Shown here: piece after piece, positions 19,906-26,731 of the stretch
Numbering within the stretch: the stretch's first letter is position 1
Layout: each line of letters begins with the position of its first letter
From: Catajapyx aquilonaris
Lineage: Eukaryota
Direction of reading: 5' to 3'
Length of the DNA: 26,731 nucleotides
NCBI GenBank assembly: GCA_000934665.2
Contig: KZ538276.1
Location: forward strand, 62,001 to 88,731
Notes under the pieces: model-generated
The model's database searches: none
The model's input: the letters and a program-made list of their open reading frames with translations, nothing else
Told to the model about the DNA's origin: nothing
Position numbers and translations under genes: made by a program

Positions 19906-20590
19906 ATCCAAAGTGCTGTATGTGGTGGATGTTTTTAATAATGCAATTTTTAGACTGTATGTAAAACCATAATCAAGGCTGGTTGCACCATTCCCAGGAA
20001 ACATTTTCTAAAGGATAAATAGTCAGACATTTTGTCTTGTAGACTTATTGGTTAATTTTAATAAATATTTCCAAATTTCATTATTAGTCTATTTACTTTA
20101 ACATTTTATTGTCATCAATAAACTATTTTAATATTTTGCTATTAGTTAATCTATTTTAATATTTTGTTACTTAACTAGCAGTTTACCCCCTTCTTTGCAC
20201 GGGAATTGAAGAATCCTGTTGCTATGGTAAACCCGTTGCCATGGACACACCGGGGCGGTAGAGGGGAGGGACGATTGGACATACCGACAAACTTTCCCTT
20301 ATACATACTGTATATAATATTAATTTATTTTAATATTTTGTTATTATGGGAGTTAAAATATTTTCATATTTGTTGTTAGTTGGACTGTTGCAATGTGTCA
20401 TTAGTTGAACTATTGTAATTTTATTAGTTAATTTATTTAAATATTTTATTATTAAACTATTGCAATATTCAGTTATTAGTTAAACTATTGCAATATTCCG
20501 TTATTAGTTAAACTATTGCAATATTCCGTTATTAGTTAAACTATTGTAATATTAGTTGTTAAACAATGTTAATATTAGTTGTTAGTTAAC
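19906..20590 (+). repeat. Dispersed repeat, copy 2, ending in a 28-bp tandem array
   Basis: Homologous to 16261-16560. TAAACTATTGCAATATTCCGTTATTAGT-type units start at 20453, 20481, 20509 and 20537. Confidence 0.8.
20175..20317 (-). mobile_element. Probable short degenerate Helitron inserted in the dispersed repeat
   Basis: A|CTAGCAGTTTA followed by CCCCCTTCTTTGCACGGG (imperfect hairpin) mirrors the 3' ends of the other Helitrons; a GC-richer island interrupting AT-rich repeat. The 5' TC end is not intact, so the right boundary is approximate. Confidence 0.55.
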
Positions 20591-21831
20591 TAGTAAATAC
20601 TGTTTCTCAGATTTCTCAGAATCTCTGGCAATAACCGTGTTTTTCATGCAATTCACAATAAACCTAATTTTTTTCCTGCCAGAATGCTATGTGCATATAG
20701 CTCTGTATATATTCAGCCCTCTGTAACAATAGTGCTTAACTGGCATAAACCGTAATTGAAAATATCCGCTACATGCATCAATAAATAAGGGCGGCAGACC
20801 AGGTACTAAATCGAAGGCCAAATATGCCGAATCAACCTCCTTAACAATAGATCGACTCCCCAACACGCAATTTCTATTCCATTATACTAGGCCATCGCAT
20901 CCATTCATCAATCCTTTAAATCACTCCATCGGCATCGTTGTGGCGCATAGTAAATTACAATTACGCAACAATGTACAGTCCCACAGATCTATGCAGTCAA
21001 TCGTTGCATGCCATAGCTATACTGCATAACCTTGCAAGAAGTCAATAAAAGTCAATAAAATGAGCGGAAAACCTCCCATTTTTTTTTTCTTTCTCAACTG
21101 GTTTTGAATGTAGGTCGCATATTGTGCTGCCTCATATCTTATGCTGCCTTGGTCCTATATATTTTCGGTAGAGGGAGGGGGGGGGGGGTTCCAAAAGTGC
21201 CGCGAAAATGGTAGCCCCTGAATCTCTACTTTCCCCCCCCCCCCCACCCCCTTCCAACCTCTTTTCTATTTGTGTTTGCCAGTTTCCCTCGGAGGCTTCC
21301 AGCCCGACACTGCCCTTCCTAAGTGCCACACAAAGTTTCTTTCCCAGGGAAGTGGGTTACAAAAGAGGAACAACTTTTAGGGACGTTTCGACGGGGGCCT
21401 CTCTTTTTTTTCCCCTCTCTTATTTTTTTTTTCTTCCTAAACTTGCATTAGCGAGGGTACAACAAAAAAAGTTGGGGACATCTTCAGGAGGCTACATACA
21501 GCTTGGAATTGCGTTATCCTGTGTTGCTGCAACCAACTGTTACAATAGAAAAGCAATTTTCTATCAGTTTTAACTTATTTTTAATTAAATCGCTTTTAAT
21601 TACTCATTTATGAACATACTTCGTTGTGTATTTGTGTGTTTATTTATTTATTTGTGTATTTTAAATTTTTTGGGGTATTTTTCATTTATTTGTACGCTTA
21701 AGTATTTATTTGTACGCTTACAGTATTTATTTGTACACGTATACACTATTTATCTATGTATTTACAGTGTTTAATTGTATACATTTAGACATATATTTAT
21801 TTCTGTACTTACTTGAATTTTTGTGTATTTA

Positions 21832-21992
21832 AAAAAATAATACCCCGTGATAGGGCTCGAGGCCCTCTTAGGGGGGAAGGAGAGGTTCCCAAGGGAGGTC
21901 ACCGTGCGATTTCTGACATTTCTTTAACACCAGGCCTTTTCTCCTGGCCATGGTCAGAGTAGGAAGTGCAATTCCGCCCCGGCATGTCGGGT
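21832..21992 (-). mobile_element. 5'-truncated non-LTR retroposon (LINE/SINE 3' end), 161 bp
   Basis: Flanked by an exact 16-bp direct repeat AATTTTTGTGTATTTA (21816-21831 and 21993-22008). Its terminal 36 nt match the 3' end of the SINE at 25253-25288. Confidence 0.82.
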
Positions 21993-22331
21993 AATTTTTG
22001 TGTATTTATTAATCTGCACATTTGTGTAGTTCTTTGTTTTTTTTTTTTTTTTACATTTGGCTCTAACCACAGACAACAGTTTGCACTTAAAATCCGTTTG
22101 AAATAACAGGATGCCAATGTTTGTCAGCCTTACGAGAAACAATTCAATCGGAGCGCCCCATAAGACCAGATACGTGCCTTTGCACCACTGCGGATCGTAA
22201 AAACCTGGCCCAGATTTTACAGCCTATTTGAAACCGGGGGGATTTTTTGCACCTGCCGGACTGAACCATTCCACACACACACACATGTACCGAGGGAGGG
22301 GTTGATGCGGAAGAAATGATTGAAAACTCAC

Positions 22332-22562
22332 GGTTGAGGTCCAATGTGGCTGTTCTCTCTACGGGCGGTGTCAGCCTGGTGTTGGATGCCCTGCAGGTGA
22401 AGGTGGACCTGAAGTTGTTCCTGTTGACCGAGGAGACCAGCAGACGGTTGAGGACCGTTCCTCCCGATCCGTTCTCGTTGACCGGATCGCGAGGGTCCCT
22501 CTCGTACGATCCGTCCTCTAGAACGCCGTTCACAAACCAGTACACTGACGGGGACGGACGCC
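22332..22562 (-). CDS. Sidestep-family exon (C-terminal part of the same Ig domain)
   Basis: Acceptor cccAG (22563-22564), donor GTGAG (22330-22331); 231 nt, phase 1-1. Encodes GRPSPSVYWFVNGVLEDGSYERDPRDPVNENGSGGTVLNRLLVSSVNRNNFRSTFTCRASNTRLTPPVERTATLDLN with the Ig Trp and second Cys; in frame with the previous exon. Confidence 0.94.
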
Positions 22563-23546
22563 CTGGGCAAATGAAAAAGCATGGAGGAAAAAATCCAGGT
22601 TAGAATGTTGTTAAGGAAACTAGGCATTCAAGTTAAATCGCATGCATGATCTGTTGGTATTAATTTGCATTCTTACTTATAAACATTTATTTATTCGTTC
22701 ATTTATTATACAATTACCATTTAGTTTCTTTGTGTATTTGTACTTGGGTGAATGAGTTCTTATTTATTAATTTATATACTGTATATGTGCATTTATTTCA
22801 TTTATGTATTTACGTAGTCATGTCTGTATTTATTTATTTATTTGTGCATCTATTTATACGGCACAGCATGTGTGTGACTCATGACTTTTGACTGTTCAGT
22901 TGGACTGTTTATTTGTCTGTTCTACTGGGTTATTGATTAAACTGATTATTTAAAGGCTAATTTTTGCATTGAGACTATTCATGTTCAATATTATAATGTA
23001 CTTGAATCTATTAACATTGATTAAAATTTGACGAGTTGCTTAAATTTATTTGAAATTTCCTTCGAGTTATATTTGCAAAAATTATATTGCAAAATGCGAA
23101 ATTCAAATGCACATTTTTGCAACACTAGGCTAGAGAGGACAAAATTGTGCTTCATTTGTTTATATTACATTCTTATGAATAAATTCCCCTGACAGTTGTG
23201 CAGAATTGATAAAAGATAAAATTTCATATGCAACACAATTTAACTTCATTTGGACTGATTCAAAACCGAACTCAAATTCTGAAACTCTGAATTGAAACTC
23301 GATTCAACGTACTGGAATATAGTCAAATTTCATGCAGATAAAGAGTTTAATATAACGTATACAAATTGATGCATAAATAAATAAAATATTTATGAGCTTA
23401 AAATTTATTCACCAATATTTAAAGCTTCTTTTTAAAATGAATGGGTGGAATTTTCGTCCCCCCCCCCCCNCCCCCAATTCAACCCTACGTCATTTCTTAT
23501 TTTCCTAAAAAATGCATACATAGTTTATTGCACATTTATTAATTTA

Positions 23547-23843
23547 CTAGCTGCGGCACCCGGCGTTGCCCGGAAAGAAATGAACGAAGGGAAAACACCT
23601 GCCAGTACCCCCGTCAACTGTCTGTCTTTCTGTGTGTCCGCCCACCAATGCCATCTGTGGTCCTGCTACTCCAACACCTTGAACCTCTCCCGCCTGTGTA
23701 ACGGCAACCGTCATATGCCTGCCATCTGTAGTCAACTTCCAACACCATCCTCTCCCGGCCTTGGGGTGGAGCACAGATGGCAGGCAAATGACGGTAGGCA
23801 GGCGGACAGACAGACTCACAAACGGCTTTATTTATATAGAAGA
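23547..23843 (-). mobile_element. Non-autonomous Helitron, copy 2 (inverted relative to 12290-12578)
   Basis: Minus strand A|TCTTCTATATAAATAAAG ... CCGGGCAACGCCGGG TGCCGCAG CTAG|T; same internal sequence as copy 1 with scattered substitutions and small indels. Confidence 0.92.
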
Positions 23844-24792
23844 TTTTATAATCTAGTTTGCATATTTTAAACAATTTCTGAACCTGAAAAGCCCCCTTTC
23901 AAATGGTCATTCCAATTCCATCCACACTTCACGCCCACTTCCCCAAATGAAAATCGCATTTCTCCCCCCCAAAAAAATTCCGCATTTAATCTTCCCTCCG
24001 CCTACAGGCACAACTACCTTTAAAAAAAAATTTCAATACCCTTTCGTAGCATCTACGTTAAGAAGAAGCAAAACGTATGCCCGCAGCATCCTCATTCTTA
24101 TGCCACTGCACCCCAGATGAAACGCTTCAGAAAAATATATATACATTCTCCATATATTCCAACTCAGCACCTTCTGAAGCTAGGAGACGCCTAGAGCTAT
24201 CAAAAGAAAGAGGGGGAAAAAATAGATAGAAGGTGGATATACTTTCTTTTCATCTTACCACCATAAACCTCTTTTCTTTTATTCTTTGGAGCTTCGTTAA
24301 AGGTGAGCCAGGTCAAACGTTTTTTTTTTTTTGGCAGACATAAGAAACCAACACGTCAGAAGCCAGCAAGAATTTTCCTCCCCAATGGATTCCTTTTACC
24401 TCAGAAAGGTCCATGTTTGAAATTCGACTGAGGTTGTAGAAAATTGTAGCGTTTTTTTTGTGTGTATCGAAATGGAATTCTGGTGGAATTCTGTGGCTTT
24501 TTTTGCACTCCAGCACAATTAGATTTTGTGTTTTTGAAGCTGGAGGAAACTACATTGTGTAGGTGCAATAACATGTTTTTCGTTCTAGAAAAACCGACAG
24601 TGTTTCGACGAAAATAAAAAGTCAACATCGAACAACCAAGCACAATCTGACCCTTTTAAAATAATAATAAAAAAACGAAAGAAACGCTTCTTCACCAGAA
24701 CGTTTTTCTTTTCTCTTCTTTCCAACGATTCATCTCAAGTTTCTAAAGTGCACTTGAGCCATAAATGGAGAGAATTTTGGGCCAGCACTTAC

Positions 24793-24903
24793 CTCCTCGA
24801 ACTTGGCAAGTCAGCGTCAAATCGACGTACTCGTTATAAGGACCCAGCATGGAGAGAACTTCTCTTCCTGCTGAGTCGAAGATCACAGGTTCCTCTGGAG
24901 GCA
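24793..24903 (-). CDS. Sidestep-family Ig/FN3 protein, first exon in window (N-terminal half of an Ig domain, probably Ig2)
   Basis: Acceptor ttcAG (ct at 24904-24905), donor GTAAG (ac at 24791-24792); 111 nt, phase 1-1. Encodes (V)PPEEPVIFDSAGREVLSMLGPYNEYVDLTLTCQVRG(G); the GPYNE..L.LTC.V.GG pattern is typical of Sidestep-family proteins. Confidence 0.93.
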
Positions 24904-25232
24904 CTGAAGGAAACAGTAAGAAGAAGAAGAAGATAACAATTTTTTTGAGGGGGGAGGAAAAATACACAAATTGCTACTTTACAACTTCCCAAGTTAAACA
25001 GGGAGTCAACAAACTACTTGGTGCAATTACTGAATTGTTCAAACAATAAGGTTGGCAGAGTGGCCATATAATTCACATCTGTAGCTTTGGCAACGTCGCA
25101 AATGTCATCCATTTTGTTTCCTCTCAAGTGTAGGGTTGGAAATAAGTACAGCGCACTATATTGATAATGCCAACCCTATAGGCTGCGCTAATTTGTGGTG
25201 CGCAATCTACAGACCATGTGGCCAGGGAGCAT

Positions 25233-25584
25233 TTTTATTTATTTATTTATTTTACCCCGTGATGTCCCTTACGGGAGCTATAGGGGGGTGGCATACCACC
25301 ATCAGTTTTCTGTATATATTTTCACTTCATTCTCCGGTGCAAGGAAACAGGGACAATGGGTAAAGGATATGGATTTTTGGGGAGGGAACATGGGTTCAAG
25401 GTGCAATGTCGTTAAACGGGTCATGTGCAGTCTCCCAGGAGGTTAGGGTTGCCAGACACCTCCTTGGTGCAGGTCAGAGACCCTCCTGACGCAGGTGAAA
25501 GGAAAGTTCCCCAGGCGGGGATCGAACCTGGGGCCTTTCACTCAGCAAGCCGAGACGTTGCCATCTCGGTCACCACACCTCCCC
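25233..25584 (-). mobile_element. Full-length tRNA-derived SINE (352 bp)
   Basis: Minus strand: GGGGAGG start, A-box-like TGGTGACCGAGATGG (25561-25575), B box GGTTCGATCCC (25518-25528), (TAAA)n tail. Exact 12-bp TSD GCCAGGGAGCAT at 25221-25232 and 25585-25596. Confidence 0.92.
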
Positions 25585-25599
25585 GCCAGGGAGCATATA

Positions 25600-25934
25600 C
25601 TACATAAGAGGCGCAAACATTCGATTTCCGCGTCTCTCTGTTTGAGCCGTTGCCAAGGCTGGCGCCAGTTTGAAGCGTGGGCAACCCCAACGAGGTATAA
25701 ATAGGGTACAGGCAAAAATAGGCTCCGCCATATTTGATTCGCGAGTGTTCTTGCCGTGTAGTTGCCATGGCCGCCAAAACCATCAAAGATGGCGGACCCT
25801 ATTTTTGCCTGTACCCTATTTATACCTCGTTGGCGTTGCCCGCACTTCAAAATGCCCGCCAGCCTTGGAAACGGCCCCAAACAGAGAGACGCGGACATCA
25901 AAGGCGCCGACAGAAGTTTGCGCCTCTTATGTAG
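25600..25934. mobile_element. TA-flanked foldback MITE (335 bp)
   Basis: TA+CTACATAAGAGGCGCAAAC ... GTTTGCGCCTCTTATGTAG+TA; the inverted arms extend about 135-150 bp inward (e.g. CCAACGAGGTATAAATAGGGTACAGGCAAAAATAGG and its complement). Confidence 0.9.
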
Positions 25935-25936
25935 TA

Positions 25937-26731
25937 CGAGGGAGGGTCAAAAAGTTATCTACCTAGGTATGAAGGACATGGCTTAGCGGCATAATTTTTT
26001 AATTAGAGGTACTTTCAACCCTTCTTGTACAAGTGTGCAAGTTTGAACTCGATCCGATCGGAAATGAATGAGCAGGGGTGTTGCGAAGCTAGGCAGATGT
26101 GGGCAAGGATGAATTTCAAGAAATTGAAGCACTGTGCTGTCATGAATTTTCTCACATTGGAGTGGATACGACGTTTTGATGTTCACCACTAGTTACAGGC
26201 AGTGTATGGGGACAGTTCTCCTTCCATTGACCCAACAAAGTACTGGTGCAAGCAATTTAAGTGGGGCAGGGAGTCACTTGAAGATGACCCCCACTCCAGA
26301 AGGTCTGTAGAGGCAACATCAAGTGACATGTGACAAAATGTACGGATCTTGTGATGGAAAAGAGGCGATTAAAGGCTTCACAGATAGCCATGGAGGTGGG
26401 GATCTCCAAATCGAGTGTTATAACCATCCTGCACGATTATTTGGGGATGTGGAAGGTTTGTGTTCGATGGGTACCCAGGTTGCTCTAGACACTCCAGAGG
26501 TCTGTTCACGTCGCATGTTCTCAAGAGAACTTGGGACATGTATGAAGCAGATGTTGACATATTTTTGACCCAGATAGTGACCAGAGACGAAACCTGGGAT
26601 CCTGAAACATATATGGAGTCCATGCAATGGAAGAATGCGAATTCCTTACCATCCAAGAAGTGCCATACGCGACTTTCGTGGGGCAAGATTATGGCCAGAT
26701 ATTTTGGGATTCTGAAGGTGTTTTATTGGTA
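25937..26731 (+). mobile_element. Mariner transposon, probably irritans subfamily; runs off the window end
   Basis: TA+CGAGGGAGGGTCAAAAAGTT is a mariner-type 5' TIR, followed about 170 bp later by a decayed transposase. Confidence 0.88.
26109..26731 (+). pseudogene. Mariner transposase pseudogene (stops and frameshifts)
   Basis: Manual translation across frames: MNFKKLKHCAVMNFL...*LQAVYGDSSPS....KYWCKQFKWGRESLEDDPHSRR / DLVMEKRRLKASQIAMEVGISKSSVITILHDYLGMWKVCVRWVPRLL* / IVTRDETWDPETYMESMQW...GKIMA / FWDSEGVLLV. This contains the HTH region, the WVPHEL-type motif and the first catalytic Asp (T.DETW). Confidence 0.92.

Noticed and set aside
1349..24903. Dscam-style mutually exclusive exon clusters, or assignment to a specific side paralog
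   Set aside because: I saw no duplicated exon variants in the introns, and each exon is needed once for the frame. Paralog identity needs a phylogeny, so no gene symbol is given.
25505..25584. Functional tRNA gene
   Set aside because: It has A/B boxes but no convincing cloverleaf or acceptor stem, and it is the head of a 352-bp element with a tail and a 12-bp TSD, i.e. a SINE.

Overview
Eukaryotic, arthropod-like, AT-rich genomic DNA. The whole window lies inside one minus-strand gene for a Sidestep-family (nephrin-like) immunoglobulin-superfamily cell-surface protein. Nine internal coding exons (24793-24903, 22332-22562, 17665-17816, 17464-17608, 13970-14100, 7448-7607, 3668-3961, 1595-1736, 1349-1503) all have canonical GT-AG boundaries and matching phases. 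They join into a stop-free 1521-nt (507-codon) frame encoding four Ig domains (probably Ig2-Ig5) and an FN3 domain; signal peptide/Ig1 and TM/cytoplasmic exons appear to lie outside the window. The introns are crowded with mobile DNA: TA-flanked CAGGGTG-ended MITEs, a Kolobok-like MITE, a CACTG-ended foldback element, short non-autonomous Helitrons, a full-length tRNA-derived SINE with a 12-bp TSD, a truncated retroposon with a 16-bp TSD, a decayed mariner, and several tandem repeats. Most other ORFs in the track are repeat-derived artefacts. I see no firm evidence of a new biological system. The best leads are an inverted Helitron pair bracketing four exons (candidate circRNA/dsRNA), a 3' stem-loop shared by two otherwise unrelated retroposons with its inner stem replaced, and an intronic CCAATCAG array with nearby promoter-type motifs.
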